Of a stretch of DNA of 32,000 nt, positions 16,316 to 23,961 are shown one piece after another (position 1 is the stretch's first letter; each line of letters begins with the position of its first letter). The notes beneath the pieces are model-generated. The model was given only the letters and a program-made list of their open reading frames with translations, was not told where the DNA came from and searched no databases. The translations under genes and the position numbers were made by a program. The stretch is from Pyrodictium delaneyi (lineage in GTDB: Archaea > Thermoproteota > Thermoprotei_A > Sulfolobales > Pyrodictiaceae), in NCBI RefSeq assembly GCF_001412615.1, contig NZ_CP013011.1, positions 1,050,001 to 1,082,000 on the forward strand, written 5' to 3'.

Positions 16316-17473
16316 TTGGTTTTTGACCGCTACGCCCCAGAGAGGCTATGGAGAATGGTAAGACCCGACGCCGTCTACGTATGGAGCGACGAAGAAGTAC
16401 GCAAGAGACTATCATGGTACTACGGAGTAATGACAAACGAACTTCCGGCCAAGTTCATGATTGCCAGAGTCGTTGAAGTCGATGAGAATCCATACAGTCT
16501 GGATTATGATAGCTTAACCGATGTTAAAAGGAGGGCTAAGAAAGAATTTGAAAAACTGTTTAATCAAGCACGTTCTGGTAGGCTAACATTTGACATATTT
16601 GCTAGAGAATTCAAGGAAAGACCAAGATACTCTCTACTAGACGTTGACGCTGCCTTAGCAAGGCTGTTGTCTAAGCCGTGTAGACTCTGCGAGAGGCGCT
16701 GCATGATTGATAGGAGTAAACGTATTGGCGCCTGCCGGCTAGACGATAAAGTCTATGTGCATAGCTGGTTCCACCATCTCGGCGAAGAGGCTCCCCTAGT
16801 GCCCAGCGGCACAATATTCTATGGTGGATGCAACTTCTCATGCGTCTACTGCCAGAACTACGATATTAGCCAAGTAGTACCGCGGTATGGAGAGGTTGTG
16901 GACACTCGAAGACTTGCTTGGATTCAGCGCATGCTGCGTATGCATGGCGCACGTAACATAAACCATGTCGGAGGAGAACCTACACCCAACTTACCCATTA
17001 TAGTCGAGTCTCTACTCTATCTAGATGTTAATGTACCTCATATATGGAACTCAAATATGTACATGACCGTAGAGACTATGGATATCCTTGTTGATATAAT
17101 AGACTTGTGGCTCCCAGACTTCAAGTATGGCAACAATAAATGTGCTATGAGACTTTCAGCTGTACCACGCTATTTTGAGGTAGTTACACGTAACTTGAGA
17201 ATAGCTGTCGAGTCTGGAGATATGATAATTAGGCATCTCGTGCTACCGGGGCATGTTGAATGCTGTAGTATAAAGGTGCTCAAGTGGATAGCGGCTAACT
17301 TGCCACTCGACCGGATACTGGTAAACATAATGGATCAGTATAGGCCGGAACACCTTGTAGCAAAGTATCCGAAACGCTGGCCTGAGCTAGCACGGCCCGT
17401 ATACCGTGAGGAAGTAGATCGTGTATGTGCCTACGCCAAAAGACTCGGCATAATCTATGAGCCTGTTAGCTAG
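16316..17473 (+). CDS. Radical SAM protein, PflX-like (pyruvate formate-lyase activase-related, COG1313-type)
   Basis: GGCNFSCVYCQNYD contains CX3CX2C, and an upstream Cys cluster CRLCERRC...C is present. An alternative ATG start lies at 16355. Confidence 0.8.
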   Translation: MVFDRYAPERLWRMVRPDAVYVWSDEEVRKRLSWYYGVMTNELPAKFMIARVVEVDENPYSLDYDSLTDVKRRAKKEFEKLFNQARSGRLTFDIFAREFKERPRYSLLDVDAALARLLSKPCRLCERRCMIDRSKRIGACRLDDKVYVHSWFHHLGEEAPLVPSGTIFYGGCNFSCVYCQNYDISQVVPRYGEVVDTRRLAWIQRMLRMHGARNINHVGGEPTPNLPIIVESLLYLDVNVPHIWNSNMYMTVETMDILVDIIDLWLPDFKYGNNKCAMRLSAVPRYFEVVTRNLRIAVESGDMIIRHLVLPGHVECCSIKVLKWIAANLPLDRILVNIMDQYRPEHLVAKYPKRWPELARPVYREEVDRVCAYAKRLGIIYEPVS

Positions 17474-17488
17474 GAGGCGGCCTCTTCC

Positions 17489-19204
17489 ATGGCTAAGCCT
17501 CGCCGCGTGCTGATCCTGGATGGCTATACTGACGAGCCGGCGGGATTCGGGGTTCCTCCATACATAGACGTATATCCAAGATATATTGCAGGCGCGTTTT
17601 GGCATATTGACAAGTCAATAGAAATTCACTATCTAACCGTAGACCAGGCACGAGTAGACATAAGAGAATTCGTAAAGAAGGCAAACACCTACGACACTGT
17701 AGTAGTTATAGCTGGTGCTGTCGTGCCAGGAAAGTATCTAGGCGGCGAGCCCATAAAGCTAGAAGAGCTTAAGCAATGGTTCAGACTCGTAGATAAGCCT
17801 TTCAAGATACTTGTTGGTGCTGCTGCACGCTGGGGAATAGGCAACGAGGGAGGAACTGTAGCATCGCTCCCAAAGTCGGTAAAGGAGAACTTTGACGTAA
17901 TCGTGACTGGCGACCCCGAGGCATACATCTTAGACTATACCCGTTATGGTCCCGAACACGCCGAGCCATGGCGTATAGTAGACGACATGAATATCGTAAG
18001 CGAAGTAGCAGTTAAGGGAGCCAGGATTGTCAGACAGCACCCCAACCACGGATATAACCTCATAGCGGAGATAGAGACTTTTAGAAGCTGCAGTCGATGG
18101 ATCAGTGGAGGCTGCAGCTTCTGTGTAACAAAGCTATACGGGAGGCCAAAACAGCGTAGCCCTCGAGACATTGTGAGAGAAGTTGAAGCACTATACCGTG
18201 CCAGAGTACGTCATTTCCGCATAGGGAGACAAGCTGACATACTCGTCTATGGAAGCACCTCGCTCGGACAGGAGGAGTGGCCCCGTCCGAACCCCCGGGC
18301 ACTTGAACAACTCTTCTACGGAATTAGATGTGTTGCACCCGGCTTGAAGACTCTTCACATTGATAACATGAATGCTGGCACTATCGTCCGGTATCTAGAC
18401 GAGAGCATAGAAGCACTGAAAGTGATAATAAAGTATCATACTCCTGGCGACGTAGCCGCGTTAGGCATAGAAACTGCTGACCCGCGTGTAGTGAAGGCTA
18501 ATAATCTCAAGACTCTCCCCGAAGAGTCCCTCAAGGCCATAGAAGTCATCAACCACTATGGCAATAGACCAGGCTATAACGGTCTTCCTGAATTGCTGCC
18601 AGGCATAAACTTTGTACTAGGGCTCGCTGGCGAGACTGCTGAAACCTATAGGCTAAATGAAGAATTCATAAAGACTATCTATGAGAGGGGGCTGCTACTC
18701 CGCCGCATTAATGTTAGAAAAGTCCTCGTACTTCCAGGGACTACAATGGCACGAGTAGGTACAAAGATCATACAGAAGCATCGAAGTCTTGCAAAAAGAT
18801 TTCAACGTATTGTGAACGAGTATTCGAGGCGTTTCCTCGAACGTCTACTACCCCGCGGCTCTATGCTCAGCTACGTCTATGTCGAGCGCTATGATGCTAG
18901 ACTTGGGGTTACCTTTGCTAGGCAAGCTGGCAGCTATCCTATTGTTGTCGAGATGCCTTGCCGAGTCGATGCTCCTGCCGTGATTAGAGTCGCCATCTAT
19001 GGTTACTCGGGGCGGAGCGTAAGAGGTCTACCTGTACCTCTTAATGCTAATACTGCTAGAGTTACAACTATTGCAAAGCTATTAGGAAGGAGCAGGGCAG
19101 CAGTTATAGCTTCTCGTAGGCCCTTCCGAAGCGTTGAGGAGCTATATAGTGTCCTAAAGCCTGAGGAGTATAGGTATTTCTCTCTTAGCGGGTTTACATG
19201 CTAA
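17489..19204 (+). CDS. Radical SAM superfamily enzyme with C-terminal helix-hairpin-helix (COG1031-type)
   Basis: The Cys triad is CSRWISGGCSFC (C-x7-C-x2-C). The N-terminal domain has flavodoxin/B12-like topology (RVLILDGYTDE). The C-terminus, ARVTTIAKLLGRSRAAVIASRRPFRSVEEL, looks like an HhH motif. Confidence 0.75.
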   Translation: MAKPRRVLILDGYTDEPAGFGVPPYIDVYPRYIAGAFWHIDKSIEIHYLTVDQARVDIREFVKKANTYDTVVVIAGAVVPGKYLGGEPIKLEELKQWFRLVDKPFKILVGAAARWGIGNEGGTVASLPKSVKENFDVIVTGDPEAYILDYTRYGPEHAEPWRIVDDMNIVSEVAVKGARIVRQHPNHGYNLIAEIETFRSCSRWISGGCSFCVTKLYGRPKQRSPRDIVREVEALYRARVRHFRIGRQADILVYGSTSLGQEEWPRPNPRALEQLFYGIRCVAPGLKTLHIDNMNAGTIVRYLDESIEALKVIIKYHTPGDVAALGIETADPRVVKANNLKTLPEESLKAIEVINHYGNRPGYNGLPELLPGINFVLGLAGETAETYRLNEEFIKTIYERGLLLRRINVRKVLVLPGTTMARVGTKIIQKHRSLAKRFQRIVNEYSRRFLERLLPRGSMLSYVYVERYDARLGVTFARQAGSYPIVVEMPCRVDAPAVIRVAIYGYSGRSVRGLPVPLNANTARVTTIAKLLGRSRAAVIASRRPFRSVEELYSVLKPEEYRYFSLSGFTC

Positions 19205-19307
19205 GTATCTATGGCTGCGTATGCCTTTCGGTACAGACGACTAGCCGCTTTTATACAGCTGCTGAAAGCTAATAATTGCGAGAACGGGGCTGCCTGGGTG
19301 ATACGCT

Positions 19308-21131
19308 ATGGCGTTGACAACGGTGACGCGTAGGAGTAGCGGCGGAGCCGAGGAGAACGTATTAGATGCTCCTGCAAGCTATGATGCCAAGACGAAGACC
19401 GTATCTATCGCTGGCAGGCACATAGCTGTTGGAGGGCCAGTACCGAAGCTGAGAGATAGCGAGAAATTCGTGTCATACACTACTAGCATATGTCCCTACT
19501 GTACACGTCTACTACCCGCAGTCATATACGAGAAGGATGGAAGCATATACATAAGGAAGGTGTGTCCAACCCACGGGACTATAGATGAGCTATACTTTAG
19601 CGACGCTAGACAATTCTATCGTTTCATGAGCCTAGAAGAGGAGGGCGTGGGTGTAACACCACATGTAAAACTAGCAGCACCGTGTCCTTTCAACTGTGGT
19701 CTCTGTCCGCGTCACAAGAACCATACAGCGTTAGCTAATCTTGTTGTCACTAACCGCTGCGACCTCTCTTGCTGGTACTGCTTCTTCTATGCAGAGAAAA
19801 TGGGCTACGTGTATGAACCAACGCTCGAACAGATACGCGAAATGATAAGACAGTACAAGAAAGAAGGCGTCACTATGTCGGTACAGATTACCGGCGGCGA
19901 GCCTACACTACGTCCAGACCTAGTCGAGATAATAAAACTGCTGAAAGAGGAAGGTGTGACACACATACAGCTAAACACGCATGGCATAACCTTTGCTAGA
20001 CTATGGTTCGAGAAGGGCATAGATGCTGCTGTCAGCTATGCACGAGCACTTCGCGAGGCAGGTCTAAACACTATATACATGAGCTTCGACGGTGTAACAC
20101 CACGGGCTAACCCTAAGAACCACTGGGAAGTACCATACACGCTCGAGGTATTCAGAAAGGCAGGTATGACAAGCGTCGTATTAGTACCAACAGTGATAAA
20201 GACTATCAACGATAACGAACTTGGAGCTATAATAAAATTTGCAGCAAAACACATGGACGTAATCCGCGGCGTAAACTTCCAGCCCGTAAGCTTGACAGGC
20301 CGCATGAGAAAGGAGGAGCGGCGCCGTTATCGCGTGACAATACCCGACGTCCTAAAGTGGGTGGAAGAGCAGACTGATGGTCAGATACCGGCCGATTCAT
20401 GGTTCCCTATACCAGTTGCAGCAAAGGTAGCATACTTCCTTGAGGCAATGAGTGGCGAACTAAAGGTATGTATGGGTAATCATCCGGCTTGCGGGTCCGC
20501 CACTTACGTCTTTGTTGAGAGGGGAAATGACGGACTACCCAAGCGCTTTATACCGATAACAGAGTTCTTCGATGTAGAAGGCTTCGTAGAGTATATAGAT
20601 GAAAAAACCGCTGAACTCCGCAAGGAGGAATTCACCTCAACCAGTAAGTTTAAGCGTACAATACGCCTCGCCGCCATAGTCAAAGACATATCAAGGTTTG
20701 TCGACAGAGAGCGGATACCCAAAGACCTCAACATAACTAAGCTGCTAGTCAACGTATTCGTCAAGAGGAATTACGATGCGTTAGGAGAGCTTCACTATAG
20801 GATGCTATTCCTAGGCAACATGCACTTCATGGATCAATATAACTACGATGTTGAACGCGTCATGAGGTGTAACATACACTACCTAACACCCGACGGCAGA
20901 GTAATACCATTCTGTACTTATAATGTATTGAATGATATATATAGAGACTATGTGCTGCGCAAGTACCAGATATCTCTAGAAGAGTATGCAAAGATACACG
21001 GTGAAGACTCAATAGGGCCCGCAGTAAAGTACGTGCGCAATATAAAGCTGCTAAAGAGTTCACCTATATACTATGAAGCCTATAAAGGAATAGTACCTGA
21101 CGACATACTCTATGGAAGAAAGAAGGAGTAA
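19308..21131 (+). CDS. Multi-cluster radical SAM enzyme (COG1964-type); probable tetraether lipid synthase (Tes / GDGT-MAS) homologue
   Basis: The N-terminus has a rubredoxin-like CPYC...CPTHG. CPFNCGLCPRH follows, then the radical SAM motif NRCDLSCWYCFF. Additional C-terminal cysteines occur (CMGNHPACGS, RCNIHY..PFCTYN). This architecture matches what is published for GDGT-MAS/Tes: three 4Fe-4S clusters plus a rubredoxin-like site. The family assignment is from memory. Confidence 0.7.
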   Translation: MALTTVTRRSSGGAEENVLDAPASYDAKTKTVSIAGRHIAVGGPVPKLRDSEKFVSYTTSICPYCTRLLPAVIYEKDGSIYIRKVCPTHGTIDELYFSDARQFYRFMSLEEEGVGVTPHVKLAAPCPFNCGLCPRHKNHTALANLVVTNRCDLSCWYCFFYAEKMGYVYEPTLEQIREMIRQYKKEGVTMSVQITGGEPTLRPDLVEIIKLLKEEGVTHIQLNTHGITFARLWFEKGIDAAVSYARALREAGLNTIYMSFDGVTPRANPKNHWEVPYTLEVFRKAGMTSVVLVPTVIKTINDNELGAIIKFAAKHMDVIRGVNFQPVSLTGRMRKEERRRYRVTIPDVLKWVEEQTDGQIPADSWFPIPVAAKVAYFLEAMSGELKVCMGNHPACGSATYVFVERGNDGLPKRFIPITEFFDVEGFVEYIDEKTAELRKEEFTSTSKFKRTIRLAAIVKDISRFVDRERIPKDLNITKLLVNVFVKRNYDALGELHYRMLFLGNMHFMDQYNYDVERVMRCNIHYLTPDGRVIPFCTYNVLNDIYRDYVLRKYQISLEEYAKIHGEDSIGPAVKYVRNIKLLKSSPIYYEAYKGIVPDDILYGRKKE

Positions 21132-21140
21132 ATGCTCTGT

Positions 21141-21884
21141 CTATAGCTTGAATAGTTTTTCAGCATTACGTAGCACGTGATTTTGTACAATGTTTTCTTC
21201 AATACCCTTTATAGATGCTATAACACCTACTACCTCACGTACCATGGCCGGGTTTAGCTTCATTCCACGGTACTCATAGGGTCCATCACTCTCGGTGAGC
21301 ATCATTGATAATGGTGCGTTTTGGACCACTGCTTGGTGCTTACGTTGTATCTTTACTGCCGGGTTTATCGATATCATGTATCCAGATGCTTCAATGTCTT
21401 TTAGCAAGTATAGAGGCCCTGTATACCAGTGGAACATAGCACGTTCTATATCGTAGCGGACTAGGAGGCTGTACACTTCCTCCCACGTACCAGCAGTATG
21501 GAGGTTTAGCACTAGCTTGTTATCTCTGGCTGCTTCAAGAAATATCTTGAAGACCTCACGCTGTAGCTCTATGGTTTCGCCTACAAACTTTGTATCAAGC
21601 CCTATCTCGCCTAGACACTTAATGTTGTTCTCCAACGCAAGCTCTATGATCTTTCTTGCCGTATTTAGCGCCTCTTCTCTCTTCTTCACGCTCCACGGGT
21701 GTAGACCTACGCATGGCACTACATTCCTGTGCTCCCTTGCTATTTCTACCACCCTATTGCTTGTCTCTAGGTCGTCGCCGACAGCCACTATCACTATATC
21801 GCTCGATGTAAACCGTCTGAGTTCTTCCTCTTTGTACTCATGTAGATGACAATGTGCATCCACATACCGGCTTGACCCGGCCAT
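21141..21884 (-). CDS. TatD-family metal-dependent hydrolase/DNase
   Basis: Motifs seen: YVDAHCHLHEY (HxH), GEIGLD, VLNLHT, MFHWYTG, TESDGPY. Confidence 0.9.
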   Translation of the reverse strand: MAGSSRYVDAHCHLHEYKEEELRRFTSSDIVIVAVGDDLETSNRVVEIAREHRNVVPCVGLHPWSVKKREEALNTARKIIELALENNIKCLGEIGLDTKFVGETIELQREVFKIFLEAARDNKLVLNLHTAGTWEEVYSLLVRYDIERAMFHWYTGPLYLLKDIEASGYMISINPAVKIQRKHQAVVQNAPLSMMLTESDGPYEYRGMKLNPAMVREVVGVIASIKGIEENIVQNHVLRNAEKLFKL

Positions 21885-22176
21885 TGTTCATTCCCTCTCA
21901 TGGTATAGGCTTAGGTTTGTCCGTCCTAACTAAGTTCTCGCCGAGCACCACCATATTGTAGAACCTGGATGACATTTGATGACCGTTAGGATGTAATATG
22001 GGCTAGCAGCCGCAGTGTAATAGCCTGGGGCGGTGACGACCATCCCGAACATAGAGGCTTCCGATGACACTGTGGCGGCTGGCTGAGCCCCTCAGCCCGT
22101 AAAAGACTCATCATTACAGAGGCCGGCGTCAGTTTAGGCGGCCTTGGGCATCACAGGGGGCTACTTAACTACAGGA

Positions 22177-22872
22177 CTATAGTTTCACTATTGTGATGTC
22201 TTTACGCGCTGGGAACGCGACATTTAACACTCTTATACCATCGAGCATTGCCTCAAGCCGCCTCGAGTTATGTGCATGCCCGTGTATAGCTATGTCGGGT
22301 CTGGCTTCGAGGAGCGCTCTCTCTACTGCTCTGCTTCCAAGCTCTGGCCAGATTTCTTGCTTCTCGCCCTCGAGTGTAAGGTACGTTGGAGCGTAATGCG
22401 TCACCACTATTACTATGTCTGTCCGGTTCCGAAGCTGGCTGAGCACGATTTTCATTCTCTCAGCTCTACGCTTGTAGATAGTTTCTATGCCTGGTATGTT
22501 TCTGCGCTGCCACCTTGTAGGTCTGTCAAGGGCTCCTCTGCTACCATATATTGCTATTGATTTGCCCTCCTCCTCTACCACTATGTAGCTATCATTGAGC
22601 CATACTACATTGTCATATGCTCTGACGAATTCGTGCTCACGACTCATATACTCCTCATTACCAAACACAGCCACTATTCGCGCCTCGGGGCATTTTCTCT
22701 GAGTAGCTTCTAGTACTGGGCGTAGCGCCTCTACGCGTCCACGTTCAACCATGTCTCCAGCCCATATCACTAGGCTGGCCTTCTTGCAATCCTCGGCATG
22801 GCGACTAAGCGAAGCCATGTAGTACAACAAGTAGCGAGGGCTATGCACATCACTAGTAGCGATTATAATCAT
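22177..22872 (-). CDS. Calcineurin-like metallophosphoesterase
   Basis: Motifs seen: IIIATSDVHSP (DxH), WAGDMVERG (GDxxxRG), FGNEEY (GNxE), VVTHYAP, IHGHAHN (GHxH). Confidence 0.85.
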   Translation of the reverse strand: MIIIATSDVHSPRYLLYYMASLSRHAEDCKKASLVIWAGDMVERGRVEALRPVLEATQRKCPEARIVAVFGNEEYMSREHEFVRAYDNVVWLNDSYIVVEEEGKSIAIYGSRGALDRPTRWQRRNIPGIETIYKRRAERMKIVLSQLRNRTDIVIVVTHYAPTYLTLEGEKQEIWPELGSRAVERALLEARPDIAIHGHAHNSRRLEAMLDGIRVLNVAFPARKDITIVKL

Positions 22873-22928
22873 GAGGCGTGCACCGGCACTAGCTCTCTTG
22901 GGGCGAGTAGTTAAAGGAGGATAGGGAG

Positions 22929-22945
22929 CGCGGTGAATACGTCCC
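22929..22945 (+). other. 17-nt segment identical to a conserved 16S rRNA stretch (sense orientation on the + strand)
   Basis: The segment cgcggtgaatacgtccc equals, as I remember it, the archaeal SSU rRNA sequence CGCGGUGAAUACGUCCC (E. coli numbering about 1375-1392). Looser similarity continues (cccgg-ccctgctca versus bacterial CCCGGGCCUUGUACA). It lies in an ORF-free divergent intergenic region. Confidence 0.5.
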
Positions 22946-23035
22946 GGCCCTGCTCATCCCTTAGTGCTCCGTGCGGAGCTGTTGCAGGGCCATTGAGTTT
23001 CTCTAGCCTTTAGGGGCTCTATAAGGGCTTCTTGG

Positions 23036-23052
23036 CTCCACTAGTAGTGGAG
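23036..23052. repeat. Perfect hairpin/palindrome ctccact-agt-agtggag
   Basis: A 7-bp stem with a 3-nt loop sits just 3' (on the minus strand) of the box C/D candidate. Confidence 0.6.
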
Positions 23053-23054
23053 GG

Positions 23055-23116
23055 TCAGTAGCGTTCCGGCATTCATCACGAGTCTTGAACTGTTCAGCGA
23101 CCCTCTTACACATCAC
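23055..23116 (-). ncRNA. Candidate box C/D sRNA
   Basis: The minus strand reads 5'-GUGAUGU (23110-23116) GUAAGAGGGUCG CUGA (23094-23097) ACAGUUCAAGACUC GUGAUGA (23073-23079) AUGCCGGAACGCUA CUGA (23055-23058)-3'. All four boxes are present. The C-to-D' spacer is 12 nt and the C'-to-D spacer is 14 nt. Flanking GGG/CCC could form a short terminal stem. Length is 62 nt. Confidence 0.45.
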
Positions 23117-23256
23117 GCCCTACAGCGTGGTGATCTTCCAGGAAGCTCAGCCCTCTACTAGTGCCGGAGCTGATAAGGCTTCATAAAGGGGCTGGAGCTG
23201 CTAGTGGAGTTGCTGGAGGATGAGGAGCTGAGGGCTGAGCCTCCTGTAGCAGGGCT

Positions 23257-23925
23257 ATGAGGAGGCTGAGCTACGCTGAGCACCCCTTCCGACGGGGTTA
23301 CTCGAAGATGGATGCCAGGCTACTCTCTGTGATCGGGCGAAGCCTGAGAGTTTACGTGAAGCCTCCGCTGCAACGGATATCAATAGGCCTTGGGATACTT
23401 GCTGCAAGGAATGCAGGCGGTTCGACAATATATGCTGCCGACCCCATCAAGAGCATTGTAGAACATGTAGCGGATGCCCTTGGTCTAGACGTTGAGGTCG
23501 AGAGATGCCGCGAGGATGCTGACAAGAACGCTGTATTTCTCTGGTGTAGCCCGGCAGATAGTCCTCTATTTGTTGCAGGTCCCGAGATAAGACAACTGGC
23601 TAGATACGGGCTAGAGCGCATGATCGTGAAGACTATTGGAGTTGGTGTCTATCTGCTTGAGGTTCCTAGGAGGGGTATGCGCGAGTATGTCAGGCTAAGC
23701 GGTTACATACCGGTACCCACAGAGCCCCCCTGCAGAGAAGATGTCATGGAGATTCTAGGTGAGGCCATAGAGGGAGGTGTTGCCCCACTACGGGACGTCG
23801 TCGACATTCTTTCCTCGGTTCTAGGCGTGAGGCGCGTAGAAGCCAGGAGACTTGTCTTAGAGCTTGCAGAAAAGGGGTGTGTAGAGCTGGTCGACGGTGG
23901 TAAGGCTGTAAGACTCGGAGTATAG
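23257..23925 (+). CDS. Hypothetical protein, possible C-terminal winged-helix domain
   Basis: The ORF is long and coding-like, and its antisense ORF is a shadow. The C-terminus RRVEARRLVLELAEKGCVELVDGGKAVRL resembles a wHTH. The start could instead be the Met18 codon. Confidence 0.55.
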   Translation: MRRLSYAEHPFRRGYSKMDARLLSVIGRSLRVYVKPPLQRISIGLGILAARNAGGSTIYAADPIKSIVEHVADALGLDVEVERCREDADKNAVFLWCSPADSPLFVAGPEIRQLARYGLERMIVKTIGVGVYLLEVPRRGMREYVRLSGYIPVPTEPPCREDVMEILGEAIEGGVAPLRDVVDILSSVLGVRRVEARRLVLELAEKGCVELVDGGKAVRLGV

Positions 23926-23961
23926 ACCTTAGGGAAATAGCGAGGTTGACCGTGTTTTACT

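Noticed and set aside
22040-22051. ccatcccgaaca matches the 5S rRNA loop motif (CCCAUCCCGAACA) of bacteria and euryarchaea
   Set aside because: It is only 12 nt. Crenarchaeal 5S rRNAs, as I recall them, carry UUUCGAACCCGG at this position instead. The flanks do not fold or align like 5S rRNA. It is most likely coincidence.
23190-23256. GAGCTG/GGAG-rich run upstream of the ATG at 23257, considered as a tandem repeat or an N-terminal coding extension
   Set aside because: The units are irregular, so it is not a true tandem repeat. The frame of the downstream ORF is closed by a TGA at 23236-23238, and the other frames are closed within a few codons.
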